A stretch of DNA of 63,853 nt, filler included, from Cercozoa sp. M6MM (GCA_040357565.1; 14 parts of 14 records of this genome joined end to end with filler, not necessarily neighbours in it), one strand, 5' to 3'. Positions 12,577 through 26,134 are shown, counted from the whole stretch's first letter. The notes: a model not told the origin generated them from the sequence alone. Numbers and translations: made by a program.

Positions 12577-15500
12577 ATGTCCTTGGCGCGTTTTTTGAGC
12601 GTCGTGCAATCATCTCCAAAATACAAGGAGCTGTCGACGAAAGAGCGCGAAAAAGCGCTGCAACGCGCACTGGATCCTCCAGAAAAAGCCCGATTGTGTG
12701 CTTTATTAGATGGTACAATCCCCTGCTCTGTGGCTCGAAACTGCTGAAACGGTCCGACGCTGTTTTTACAGGAGTCGTGGACGAAGTGTGCCGCGTGCAG
12801 TTCGAGTCACCGTGCGACGTGCTCTTGCAGTTGAACACTGAGGGTAACAATACTGCGCATTCGTGCGACATTGGCAGCTCAGTGCGAGAGCTGCGAGAGA
12901 AACTCCAGAAAAGCGAGTTGCAGCAACGGGTGCGAGAACACGCCCGTTGGCGTGTGCGACTTGACGCCTTTCGCGCACTCTGTCATGCCTTTCATGTTGA
13001 CGTATGTTGCTCCTCAGTTCAGTTTGTTGGCTTCAAACTTTGCACATTCATCGCGCTTTGTTTTCAGTTTCTCGATGAGTGCCGTGAACTTGGTCTCGAT
13101 TGTGTTTTCGACAAGTTGCTGCACCTCATGTAGCCATACCACATGTTACTTAGGTTCTTTACTCTGAACTTTGCTGACAGCCTTCTTTCTGTCTGTAGTG
13201 AGAGCGGCAAGAGCGATATTCTGCGTGTGTTTGCCGAAAGCTCAGAATTCGAGAATGACAAGGCATGTGGTAGTGTTGCTATAAAAGAAGAAGCACTCCG
13301 CCGCGTTTCTTCTTCCGTGATCGGAATTTTCACAGGAGAGACGTCACAGTTCTGTCGCGCGATTTTCAGCAAATTCGGTCACATCCTCGCGGAAGAATCG
13401 GTATTTTGTTGTTTTCGAGAGGCTTTGCTGGAGCAGTTTGTTATTTTTCAGTTTGCGCTCCTCAGGACAGCGGCAAAGGCAGACGTTTGGCACTAGTGAT
13501 CTGCTCGTTCGGGTGCTGCACAATCTGTCCGGTATGGGCGAAGGAATGCCTGTTTTTATGTTTGTGCCTTGGCAGATCGAGCACTGCGCGTCATGTGCTG
13601 TGTGCCTGGAAGCAGGCATCGGCGCCCTCCTGCGAGCGTCTCATTGTGCCAGTAGCTTCTCAGTTTGATCTTGTTTTGTGTCAAGTTTCTCAAGCAGCGT
13701 TTCTCTCAGTTTTTATTTCTTTTTTTTCAAACACAGTTGGACGGCCGAGTGCGCCCGTTTGTGCATGTGTTGGCCAGTGACACGCTGATTGAACTGCTGT
13801 GTCGCTGGATTGGTGCCTTAAAGACACATAGAGGGGGGTTTGTTGTTTCTGTATCGACACAGTGTTTTATAGGTGGCTACAAGGTCTCAAATGATACCAG
13901 TGAGCACAGCGGTGGGGCGGAGTCATTGAGTCGCCTGTTGGTCCAACGACCGTCGCACATGCTTCAGAGCCTCGTGCTGTACTTGTTCTATGAAATAAAG
14001 TGTTTTTTATTCTGAGCTGTCCAGAGGAGTGCGACTAGACCGCAAGCAGGTGCTTCAACAACTGTTGCAACGCGCCTGTCGCTTCGACTTCACCGGTGCG
14101 CATGCTCTAGTGTGTGTGCAGTCAGTTGTGCTCATGTACGCGTGTGCCAGTGCAGACAGCAGCCGGGAGAGGCGACTGCGCGCACTCGTGGTGACGAGTT
14201 TCGTGCTGCCCTGCACGGACGTGTGCATGCTGTCCGAGGCTGTCGACATGCGGCACTTCCTGTCGCGCAGTGATTTCACTAGTGACCACTCAAGTGATCG
14301 ATCACGTGACCTCTCAAGTGAACACTTACGTGACGGCTCAAGTGACCACTATCACTGGCGTTTCGCGAGTATCGACCTGACGCACACAGTGACCACGGCG
14401 CTTCGCGAGTGCTTCTTGACGCTGCTGGTGCAGCTCGTTGCTGTACGTCGAACCTTTACCCCTTTACCCCCATTCCCTTGATTCCCATCCCCTTTACCCA
14501 TCCCCTTTACCCATCCCCTTTAACCCTTTACTCTTTACCCCACACGTCCACGTGCAGTGCAATGGCGAGAGACTGCCGCTGTGCCGTGCCTTTGCCGTCG
14601 ATGACGGTAGTCTTGTATTTTCCCGTGTAGTCAGAGGGTGACGGTTTGACTGAGAGTCGCCGCACGTGCACAGGCAGCGAACAGAACCGTTTCTTGAAGC
14701 GTTTCGTCAACACGGTTGGCTCTGACACGTCCCCTGTCCTCCCCCAATCATGTGTGCGGTACCTTGAGTGTTTTGGACAGGTGCGCGATGCCATCGCACT
14801 GAATGCGAGAGTGAACGAAATCCTGGATGAAACTGGCGCTGCTGATTCGGTGCACATACACGTACATACATATATTTAGATACATATACATGCATTCCAC
14901 ATACACACATATATGCGTACACACACATCTACCTGCATTTAAATTTATCCATCATACATACATACATACATACATCTATACATGCATACATATAGATACG
15001 TATATGTATATATACATATATATAACATATTAACATAAATATATGCCATGCACACACGTGTGCACAGGATCCAAGACGCAGCATACTGGCGATACTGCCT
15101 CGTGTGTTCGTGCGTGTTCTCCGAGTGCTGCGTGGGTATTCTCTACCTGTATTTGTCCATGCGTCTATTTGTGATAGATATGACTATGTGTAAATGTGTG
15201 ACTACATGTGACTATGTGTCTATGTGTGACGATGTATCTATGTGTATGCGTGGTGGTCAGAGTGCAGCATATGTCGAACGAAGAATCGCGCAGTTTCGCG
15301 CACTCGCGCACGCCACGACTGCCGATGCCGGTAGCACTATCTTTAGTTTTACTGTTCAAATGTACAAAGTTATTGTCCAAATGTACCCAATGCACTGTCC
15401 ATTTGTACCTCTCTAAGAGTAGCATACGCAAGTGAAGGACAAACGGCGTCGCAAGGAACAGCAACGTCGCTTTCCCAATGCTGCCATTGCGGTAGCAATG

Positions 15501-16501
15501 AGATTTGCCCCCTCCCATCTACCCATCTACCCCTTGGTATACCAGGCAACTACCTGTGCGACACTGGAACGCTACGCCAAGAAACAACACCTGGCACTCG
15601 CGTAGGCCACCCTGCATATATCCATGTTCATGTGTATGAGAGTATTGGTACAGGTATGAGTGTATGAATATGCGCACGAGTTCCTGGGCATGAGTGTAGT
15701 AAGAGAGAGACACACGAAACGGTACGTGACTCAGAGAGAGTCAACGTGAGTGCCGAGGACGAGGCTGTGCAGGTTACCTATACATTTAACTATGTATGTA
15801 TGTCTATACATGTGTTTCTATGCATATATACCTATGCGCACATATGTATACCTATACATATACCTTTATGCCTATATATCTATACACCTTTATATTTATC
15901 TTTGTATACAAACACAGGTAATAGAGCACGTGTTGCACTACAACGCCATTCCAGAGGCCGTGCAGAGTCGGTGCATGCTGGACGAGCAGCACCTGCGGCA
16001 ACGCCTGCTGCCGGCGCTGTGTCGACTGTACCTGCACACGCCCTTCCTGCCCTGTCGGTACCCTTGTCCTCGACCCTTGTCCCCTCCCCTAGCCCTAGTG
16101 TACCCAAACCACAGGTCGCCGCAGCTGCGCTATCAGAAGAACTACCGCATGGCAGAGTCGTTGCTAAAGGATGCGACACTAGAGGTGCCCTTCCACGCGG
16201 AAGCTTCGCTTCCGCTGGTGGTGCGCAAGGCGGCCAAGCGAGCACTTGTGTACTTTTGGCCTTCTTGATTACCTCTTTACCCCCATGCACTCTTACCCCC
16301 ATGCACTCTTACCCCCATGCACTCTTACCCCCATGCACTCTTACCCCCATGCACTCTTACCCCCATGCACTCTTACCCCCATGCACTCTTACCCCCCTCC
16401 CCGTCCCAGGCTGCTGTGTCAGTCGCGACCGAGTGCGCTGCGACAGTGGCGCCGTTGCGAGCAGCGTCTAGTCGCTTTCGCTGCACACGAGGCTGTCGCT
16501 G

Positions 16502-16536
<35 letters not shown>

Positions 16537-16546
16537 CCACGACAGC

Positions 16547-16587
<41 letters not shown>
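12577..16587 (+). CDS. Large helical hypothetical protein, 3'-truncated in a poly-Gln tract; weak FANCA-like segment
   Basis: Starts MSLARFLSVVQSSPKYKEL, with many GT-AG introns. Segment VIEHVLHYNAIPEAVQSRCMLDEQHLRQRLLPAL. Ends in (CAA)n at the contig end. Confidence 0.65.
16277..16397 (+). repeat. Intronic 16-bp minisatellite (TTACCCCCATGCACTC) x~7.5
   Basis: Direct tandem copies inside an intron ending ...cgtcccag. Confidence 0.95.
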
Positions 16588-16691
16588 NNNNNNNNNNNNN
16601 NNNNNNNNNNNNNNNNNNNNNNNNNNNNNNNTTAATTAATTAANNNNNNNNNNNNNNNNNNNNNNNNNNNNNNNNNNNNNNNNNNNNGTAT

Positions 16692-16745
<54 letters not shown>

Positions 16746-16769
16746 CAAACTAAAGGACAGATCCCCTAC

Positions 16770-18301
16770 CCTAACAGCGGGACGACTACGCAAGCGGTCC
16801 ACGATGCTGTTCAGCCAGCCTCCCTGGTTCTGCTCCTGGTTCTGCTCCTTTAGCACGTGCTGCAGGTCCTGCACGCGTTTCTCCAACGCGACAAGGCTGT
16901 CCCTGCCATCCCAGAACAGACTCAAAGCCAGGTCAACACACGCTGCGTGAACAGTTCTGCATGCTTGTACCGCTCGGCATTCAGGTTGGCTTGCGCTTCT
17001 TCCACGGCACTGTGCACAAATCATATTTTAAACAAAGAATCCCACAGAGTGTAGAGAAGCTAAGAACGTACCCGCGCACGTACTTGTTGCTCTGTGACCT
17101 GGTGCGCTTTGCTGAGCAGCAGACACAAAACAAAACACGTGTCACAAAAAGAACTGCGTGCATGTGGTCGGACTAATACCGGCCCACAAGCGTTGAACAA
17201 AGCCATGGCCACGCCACAATTGGTCCACACACTCCAGGTCAAACGAGGCGCCATCGGCTACATTCACGATATTTATGTACAGATCGGCAGCTCAAACAGG
17301 AGACCGGTACTGTACCCTTAAGTCCGGTGGAGGCGTCGTCGTGTGCGATACGACGCTCCAGATCGAACATCCAAGCCACGGAGAGCATCTACCATGCGTG
17401 GGGTGTGTGTATGATGCGGCTGTGTGCGTGTGCACTAGCAGTTCTTTTCCTTTATAATTACCTGGTAGTCGAACAATTCGTACTGCCCGCGGAGAGGAAT
17501 GCTCGCGTCAGTCTCCTGTCGGGAAATATGTGGAATCTCTGTGTAGCAAGGAACAATCTTTGGTATCCTATTCGGTCCTCCCGAACTTACGTGCTCTGGC
17601 GCGTCTGGAGCTTCCATTCTGCAGTGTATATCATACATTGAACAAGGGAGGGGGGAAGTGTGCTGGCATACCCGGACAGTTGCGCGATACGACGGTCAAA
17701 GAGACGGCACACGTCGCGCTCGTCATCTTCGAGACCATCGACCTTGGCCATGTCGGGCAGACGTTGCTTCTTGGCACTGCAGCACCCAAGAATTCATATC
17801 AACGACACCTCCCTGCTTTGATCACACTGCGTATGTATGTTGTACGCGCTGATGGCACTGCTCACGCAACTCCAACGCGGCGTCGGAAGTGCCTACATCA
17901 ACATACAGGCGTCCGCGCGGACACACAGACCTAATGTACCGTGCCAAACTGCTCCAGCGCAGTCAGAAGTGACTCCGAGTCGTCGCCGCGCCACAGACGA
18001 CTGTACACCAGCAATGTATCAAAGTAACCACACAGACCAGAGTGTACGCAGTACCTGAGTACACGTGCAACAGAGGCCAACTGCACAATAGACATTCGAA
18101 TAGATACAAAGAAACTCCCGTGGGGCAGGGTTTTGGCAGGGGGCAAGGCACGCTCGAGTTCGGATCGCCGTAGTCGCCGTTGGCCTTGACCAGTTTCATC
18201 ACGGCCGACTCGCGCACATACACGCGGAACAACTGCAGGTCGCTGCTGCCTCGGCCGTGCGTGAGATCGATGTTGCGCCTGGACGCAAGTGACAGATTCG
18301 G

Positions 18302-18367
<66 letters not shown>

Positions 18368-19340
18368 AGACACAGACACAGACACAGACACAGACACACA
18401 GGGTTGATAAAGACAGAAGGGAGAAAAAGGCATGTGCGACTCACATCCAGTGCACGATCACGTCGAGTACATCGAGTGGCACATGCGGCAGCATCTCGTC
18501 CAAGATTCGGCCGCCCAACTCGCTCTGGTCCACCTTCTCCTGTGTGCAAAGTCAGTCACATACTGTATTCAGACAGAGGAACAGAAAAGTTACGAGACGG
18601 AAGGTGTCGTCCGACAGGGTCGTGCCATCGTAGCAAGTCCTACACAGCCCTCACCGTCCCACTAACCCTTATTTTGCCTGTGAGAAACGACAGGATACAA
18701 CGGCATGCCGAGGCGACGGATAGTGTACTCGTCCAGTGGAACCTGCACAGACTCGCTTTAACACGTGCTCTAAAATCAAATCTAAGGCTTCATACCAGCT
18801 CGCCGATCTGGAGCCAGGCTTGTTCACCAGGACTTTCCTGGGCAAGGTATTACTCTCAAAAGGTGACAAGACCTCCTTCAGCTTCCCCCATTGATGATGT
18901 CGCGAGTACAGTAGGTGCAGTCCAGTGCGATTTGCTGCGTGATGCTTCTCGGTCCACTCTCTTGTAGTGCTTGCGAAAGAGCGAGTCTGAACACAATGAG
19001 GTTGTCCAAGCCAACCAATCATGCTCTGAATCTCGCTAGTGTTACCAACGCCGGTGTGGGCAACACGTGGCACAATCATAGTTTCCTGCATCCCACATCC
19101 TAACTCTGGACGCATAACAATTTGTGGGAGAAGAAAGACACCATCTGGCTGCAGTTGGAGGCGAGCTCATCAGGCAGTGGGAATGTGTGCTTGGTCGAAA
19201 CGCAACCCTCGATCAGCACCTCTGGGCTTCTCCCTGAAACGTGGTCTCGACATTGGCATCGCAATACCTCTCCATCCACGTATAATGTACCATGTTGTCT
19301 AAGCGCCCTCTGCGCTTCTCTCGCCAGTGCCTCGTGCTAG
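16770..19340 (-). CDS. Hypothetical protein, multi-exon; start not resolved, 3'-truncated
   Basis: In-frame exons, e.g. HEALAREAQRALRQHGRSPEVLIEG..., VPLDEYTIRRLGMPL, RNIDLTHGRGSSDLQLFRVYVRE, AKKQRLPDMAKVDGLEDDERDV. Confidence 0.65.
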
Positions 19341-20117
19341 GTGAGAGGGGCAGGTGGGGATAACGATCGACAACGCAGTCACTTCTTTCAATCAGATTTT
19401 TCGAGCTATACCATCAGAAATTTCGCGGAAGCACGAGCTCAGGATGCAAGGCGTAATAGTTTAACCAAAAATATCAAAAGCGGATGCCGAGCAGACGCGT
19501 AAAGCTGATTTAACAACAGTGCACTCAAAGCCGGAGCGCTGACGACCTCGCATATTTTTAAAGAATTACTTCTCTGTCGAACTGCAGGGTGGTCTGGTTC
19601 GACAGCGTTTCACTTCTAACTTCTTCTGCAGTGTCGACTGTACTGCTGTAGACTGTCTTAAGTACCTTAGGACCGGAGGAGGCTGTGGATACTAAGTACT
19701 GTATCCACAGGCCGAGTATCGAAGATCCACCGGGTCCAGAAGACGACTGCATACGGCCGAAGCATATCTTCTGATGCCCCTGTTTAACCGCAGGTGCTGC
19801 AGGACATTGATCAACCGAACAGCACCAAACCAGTTGCCGTCGAGGCAAAAATTATAAAATCTTGCTCAGCAAAAATCGCGGGAAACTGCCAACACAGCAG
19901 CAACTAGTATTTGAGGAGTCAGGCGGTGCGCACAATCGTGTTTAGAAGATGTTAGGGGGTTAGTCGTCTTTGAGCGTTTCCAAGTTTTCCACGTTGGAAG
20001 CACAACAGTCAAAAATCAAAACAAAAACGCACTGGTGTGTATTTTTGTAAATTTACTGTAAGCACTGTAGGGACGGACTACGAGAACCTCGCATCGACAG
20101 AGGCGAGTCACGAGGAG

Positions 20118-21217
20118 ATGTTGCCGATGTGGCGCCGCGTGCTACGACATTCGCCGGCAGTTTTCGCCGCGATAGTGTTGTGTCTGTCGGCCATCAATAC
20201 GCACCTCGGAGGGATCTTTATTGCCCTTGTGGTGGCCTTCCTGTAGGTTGATCCTTTGGGTTTCCTGTACTGTACTGTCCTGTGAACTCCCTTGAGTGCC
20301 GGCTGGTTTGTCCAGGTATGCGGCCGGTCTCTTTGTGCGCAAGCGAGAGGATCGTGTGCACCCTGTTGTGGTACGACTGATCACGATCTTGCGCTGGTTC
20401 TTCGTGGCCTGGGCGACCGCTCTACTGATCGTTGTCATCACGAATGCCATTGGAGCACCGTCGCATAACGCGGTATCAGTCTCTCTCACTGGTGTGTTTG
20501 ATATGCCCAAGTGGACGGGTACAGTACCCGATGTCGTGCCGTTCGGAGGATTCGCAAAAGTGCACGCGGATTGGTGCGGAACCGCAGAACAGAGGTGCGT
20601 TGTTTCTCTAGATCTGTGTCTTCTTTTTAATTTCTTCCAGTTGACTGAGTTGACGTGCTGTAGCTGACGAAGTTAATGGCTTTGTGCGCAACTTCACGGC
20701 ACCGATTGTACGCCTCACTTTCAGTTGAGAGTGTAGTTATCTGGCATGACATGTACTCCTGTCTGCCTGCAGGCAGAGGTGTACAAGCGCACGCGCGACT
20801 ACGTATCGTCGCCGCTGTCGACACGAATCAAGCGCGAGGATGACAACGCCTACCTCTGGGCCATTGCTCACACCTCGGTGCCTTTCAACTCATACTGCTC
20901 TGGTGTCACTGTGTTGTTGACCTTTTTTAAAATCGGTGTGCATGGCAGCTTATGGCCTTTGCTGACGACGTCATGATTCGCTTCCGTTGCATCGACGGGC
21001 AAGTCACCCTGGACGCGCAGTCCGAGGCGAGACTCGGCAAAATTGACTTTGGTGTCAACACGAAGCGAATTCAGGGTACCACTGTCGACTCTGCCCTGTC
21101 TATTTCAGCTTCACTAATGTGTACTGTCCGTGCTTTTTCGGGACAGACCTGGTCGACTTTTGGAACGCCCAGCACTGGCCGGATGCTAACGCTGAGTGCC
21201 AGCCCATTTCTGCGTGA
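20118..21217 (+). CDS. DUF1499-family membrane protein
   Basis: N-terminal TMs, then YLWAIAHTSLMAFADDVMIRF...VTLDAQSEARLGKIDFGVNTKRI, matching the DUF1499 pattern (F.DD...S.SR.G..D.GVN..RI). Confidence 0.75.
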
Positions 21218-21374
21218 TCAAGTCCAGTCGAGTCAGTTCATGCAATGTCTGCTGAAAACAACCTTATGCGGCCGTTTGGCTAGCCAGTAGCCATCGACCC
21301 CATGGGAAATTCAGTACAAGTCACTGGCACGGCAGTAACGTAACGGTAAATCGACCACGTCAGTTTGAGGCCGT

Positions 21375-22530
21375 TACGTTAGTCGCGGTGGCTCACGCGT
21401 TGCAGAAACAACATCGCGCAGCAGCTCGCGCAGGTTGCTGATGTCGAGGCGTACATGAGACAGGACGAGCGTGCCAGCGCAGTTGGCATAACTCGTCCCC
21501 TCGGCACCTGCTCATTCAAGTTGCACAGTGTTCAACCCACCATCCGAGAGTCAAGCATCCTTGATACGGGCGAACCTACTCTGGCAGAGCGAGTGCAGAA
21601 ACCGCGTCAATTGCGCTTGAGTTTGGTTTGTCTAAGGCAGAAGCACAGGCACACGAACACATATCTACGTAAGACGACAGTGACATATACGAGTCGGTCA
21701 GTACAGGCACAGTGACGACGAGGTGCGTCGCGTCGACGTACTCGCAGTGTGCATTTAGAGGAAACAATAGAGGCAACCAGAGTGTAGTCTACACACACAT
21801 ACTATCTATATCTACAAATAGATATGTATATATAAGATATTTATGGCAACAAGGTGTCGTTACCGATAGGTGTAGTTGTCTCTCTAGTAGATTCAACAGC
21901 TGCCGGTTGAACTTGGCGTACATGGCGCACTTGCCCTCTCTGCAGTATATATATATATATACATATATGCATCTATATATATATATATATAGAGAATTTA
22001 TAGTATATACATATAGTATGAGCACCGAAGCATGCCGCGAGTGACGTTGTTGCTGACATGAACGGCCAGACCACCAGTCGGCGTGACCGACAGTCGCGAC
22101 ACGGTAGCGTTTCTGTGGTCAGCCACACCACACAGCACACACTCAGTGAGCACGCCTAAAGTGAGTCCAGTGTGAGGAAACGCACATGATGGTGTCCGCG
22201 CGGAAACCCTCTGCCAGAGCGAGAGCTAGCAGCGGCACAAGTGACAGTAGCACCTATACACATGAATACACATTCACACTGATACGAGAGAAAGAGTTCG
22301 CACCGTATGTTCCGACAGAGGCATCTGTAGCCACTGGGCACACAGCCAAGGCTCCCGCATCGGTACCGGCAGCAGCGACCAGTGGCCGGTGACGTGCCAC
22401 AGGTGCGAATAGCGCTGCAGGCGCAGTCCCAGGAAGACCACTGCCATACCCAGGGTCGCCAACAGGAACGGAAACACCGCCGAGTTTCGGAAGGTCTCGT
22501 AGGCCAGCCTATTAAACAGGGTCATGAGGG
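21375..22530 (-). CDS. 3' part of hypothetical membrane protein
   Basis: Hydrophobic exons (FPFLLATLGMAVVFLGL; VLLSLVPLLALAL) and last exon ...HVRLDISNLRELLRDVV; 5'-truncated by the linker. Junctions only partly resolved. Confidence 0.5.
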
Positions 22531-22814
22531 TACATGGCAGAGGGCGGAATGGGGGGGGGGGNNNNNNNNNNNNNNNNNNNNNNNNNNNNNNNNNNNNNNN
22601 NNNNNTTAATTAATTAANNNNNNNNNNNNNNNNNNNNNNNNNNNNNNNNNNNNNNNNNNNNGGGGGTAAACAGGGGGTATACAGGGGGGGTAAATAGGGG
22701 GTAAACAGGGGGGCAAACAGGGGGGGTAAATAGGGGGTATTCGGGGAGGTAGATAGGGGAGGTAAATAGGGGGTAAATAGGGGGGTAAACAGGGGGGTAA
22801 ATAGGGGGGTAGAA

Positions 22815-25575
22815 AACAACGCTACGACGCTGGGCATTCAGCAGCTCCTGCGGAATCTTCTGACGCGAATTTCCGCTCACTGCGAAAAAACGAGAATTGC
22901 GACAACTTTCGCCAAAAGCTTTTTCGTTGAAGCGAAAAGCGAAAAAGCGAAAAGCGAAAGCGAAAAGCGAAAGCGAAACGCACTTTGTCGATTTCGAAGT
23001 TCGCGCTCTTTCTGCATCGCTTCGCTCAACTGCGCAACAAACGCACACTCACCACAGCACGTGCGCAGTCACAAACAACAGTGTTCGCACCTGCTGCTGC
23101 ACTCGGCTTCGCTCGCGCTCGCTTTCCTGAATCGCCTGCAGACAAAGCTCTCCTCATTGGAAATCTCACAGCTTTCACTCGAAATAGCAAAGCTTTGACT
23201 CGAAATAGCAAAGCTTTGGACCCGAAATCGCAAAGCTTTGGGCCAAAATCGCAAAGCTTTGACTCGAAACAGCAAAGCTATGGTCGAAATCGCAAAGCTT
23301 TGACTCGAAATAGCAAAGCTTTGGGCCGAAATAGCAAAGCTTTGACTCGAAACAGCAAAGCTTTGACTTGAAACAGCAAAGCTTCGAGTACCTGCTGCTG
23401 TGAGTCGCGCAGGTGGCGCAGTTGCTGCAACTGCTCGTCAGAAATGAAGCACGCTTCGTCCGAGGGAATTTCGGCATTGGCGTCGTCGAGTGCTGCGCAG
23501 AGTGACCACACAGGCAGAGTGACCACACAGGCAGAGTGACCACACATGCAGAGTGACCACACATGCAGAGTGACCACACAGGCAGAGTGACCACACAGGC
23601 AGAGTGATCGCTCAGTGTACCGAGATCAAGAGGCGCGCGATCACGTTCGCGAGTGTCGTGAGCGACGGCGTCGCTGTGCGCCTGCTCTGCCTCGCGCAAA
23701 GCGTGCTCGTGCTGCTGCTGCTTTTGTTGCAGCAGTTGCGCCTGCTGCTCGGCCGCCGTCACTTGTTGCTGCGCGTGCTGCAGCTTCTGGTCCAGCGGCA
23801 CCAACTGCTTCTCCTGTCCACGCACACAGCAACACTCAACTCAAAGCAACTCAACTCGACTCAACCCAACTCAACTCAACTCAACTCAACTCAACTCAAC
23901 TCAACTCAACTCAACTCAAAGCATCGCAACTCAAATCAACTCAACTACTCTTAAGCTTTTCGAAGAAAAAACGCACCTCTTCAGCGATGCGGAGTCGCAA
24001 CTGCTCGGTTCGCGCGTGCACCTCCTGTCGCTTCTGGTCCAGTTCCTGTTGCTGCTGCTGCTTCTCGCTTTCGCTCGCTTCGGCGCGCTGCTGCAGCTCC
24101 GGGATCTGCGCAAACACACAAGTGCAAGTGTGCACCCGCGCGGACACAAACAACCAAACAACCAAAAAGCAAAAATGAAAAATAAAGAATATAAAACCTG
24201 CTCTGTGTTCTTTTCGATTTGCTTCTTTAACTTCGCGATTTTCTTGTTCGCATCCGCCGCCTGTTAAAACAGCAAAATCAGCCCAGAACACAAAACAAAA
24301 GCTAAAATACGAGTTTTCGCTGCTTTTTTGCGTCTTTTTTCGCATTATCGCGCGCCACTTCTTTTCGGACCTACGCGCGGATGCAGAAAAATACAAAAAA
24401 AACAAAACAAAAAAATAAATGAAAACTAGAGCACTTTTTCGTCTTCAACGCGCCGATGCTCGTTCTCAGCTTCCTATGTGGGTGTGTGCACAATAATGAA
24501 GCAGAACGACACAGGAGAACAAGGCTGTTGTTCACCTGGTGTTTGCGCTGCTCCGGTTCGAGCAGAAGCTTGAGTTGCGCGGATTCTTTTTTGAGTTGTT
24601 TGAAGATTTTGTCGGCTTCGGCTTGCTTGACCTGCGGGACAATCAAAGCTTTTCACTTTCACCCAAAGCTTTTAAATTTCGCTCAAAGCTTTTTCAGTTT
24701 CACTCAAAGCTTTTCAGTTTTCGCCAAAGCTTTTTCACTTTCTTGTCACTTCACTCAAAGTCATTTCACTTTCACTCAAAGTTGTTCAATGCACCAAAGC
24801 TATTTCAGTCTCACTCAAAGCTATTTCAGTCTCACTCAAAGATATTCAGTTTTATCAAAGCTATTAAATTTCACTCACAAAGCTATTTCACTTTCACTCA
24901 AAGCTGTAGATTGTTAGAGAAAGTCGTTTCAACGCACCTTCAAATCGTCGCACTGCTGTTTCTTCTCGGCGGCCAGCAGAGCGTGTTGTTTCGCATCTGC
25001 AAAAGCAAACACACACACACAGACAGACAGAGAGTCTAGACACAAGGAGAAAGAAGAGCAAGAGAAGAAGAGAGAAGCACCTTGCGCAGCCTTCCAGGTG
25101 TCGTGGAAGTGGAACGACGCAGAGGCACCTGTGTATGAGACCATCATAACCCCCCTCTGTTTTTTCCCCCCCCCCCAGCACAGACGGAGATACTTATACC
25201 AGCAGCTTTAACCTCAGCCTGCCAGCAGCGAATCTGCGCTTGCTTGGCCTCCTCCTATCCGCGCGGACGGTCGGGAAAGATACAAGAAAGCAGTCCGAGT
25301 GGAAGGAGTGGCTACCTTGGCGTCCAAGGCATCCTTGCGTTTCGCGAGTTCGGTTTTTAGTTCGCGCAGCACGTTGAGACTCTGCATGTGCAGGCACGTG
25401 CATACTTGATCGATCAGAGTGACCACTCAGTCAGTGAGTCAGCTAGTGACCACCCAGTCAGTACGTGGTACCTTGTCACGTGCGAACTCGGCGCGTTCGA
25501 TGCGCGCGTTGAGTCGCGCCGTGCCGATGATGTCCTCCAGAAACTCGAGCAGACCTGCCTCGCCTTTTGGGACCT
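22815..25575 (-). CDS. SMC4: SMC4-like condensin subunit, internal fragment (end of head domain and coiled coil up to pre-hinge)
   Basis: PKGEAGLLEFLEDIIGT matches the SMC4 G(L/M)LEYLEDIIG motif. A long Q/E/K-rich coiled coil follows, then SGNSRQKIPQELLNAQRRS, which resembles the pre-hinge segment. Confidence 0.7.
23171..23384. repeat. Intronic ~21-bp minisatellite (GCTTTGACTCGAAATAGCAAA) x~10, containing the palindrome CAAAGCTTTG
   Basis: Direct; lies in SMC4 intron 23136-23391. Confidence 0.95.
23498..23607. repeat. Intronic 17-bp minisatellite (CAGAGTGACCACACAGG) x~6
   Basis: Direct. Confidence 0.93.
23833..23948. repeat. Intronic (AACTC)n pentanucleotide repeat
   Basis: Direct. Confidence 0.93.
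24642..24905. repeat. Intronic degenerate ~20-bp repeat (TTCACTCAAAGCTATTTCAG)
   Basis: Direct; roughly a dozen degenerate copies. Confidence 0.88.
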
Positions 25576-26134
25576 GGGGGGGTAAACAGGGGGGGTNNNN
25601 NNNNNNNNNNNNNNNNNNNNNNNNNNNNNNNNNNNNNNNNTTAATTAATTAANNNNNNNNNNNNNNNNNNNNNNNNNNNNNNNNNNNNNNNNNNNNAACG
25701 CCTCCACTCAACTACGGGAACGTTCTGCGAGTGGACTGTCCGACCACGCAAAAAATCCCACAACAACAGATCTCTGGAAATGATCCCAGGGCAAGCTAAG
25801 CTCCCAAAAACATATCCCACAGAACAAACTTAGTGCTGGCACAAGGCTGCACACAGCAAGCACTCTAAACGCACGACTCAGCAAAAGTCGGAGCTCGCGA
25901 AAAACAGCTAGTTGGAAATATACAAGAAATTCCACCTCACTTCGTTTTATTGTATTCGCTGATATCATGAACAAGGTAACACCTGCGCACATATGTGCTG
26001 CTTTCTGGCTCTTTTTGCAGCCCGCTCCACCATCCCCAGCCTGCTCCAGCACATGCACAGGCAAACTGCCACTCAGGCCGAGTGTTGCCCCTTCTCTGTA
26101 TCGTCGTATATCCGTATATATATGATGTATAGCT

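Noticed and set aside
13263-17945. GC-AG or other non-canonical intron boundaries (13263, ~17943)
   Set aside because: In-frame GT alternatives exist at both sites, so non-canonical splicing is not required.
23171-23607. CRISPR-like arrays (palindromic 21-mer, 17-mer)
   Set aside because: Head-to-tail repeats without unique spacers, inside spliceosomal introns; no cas genes.
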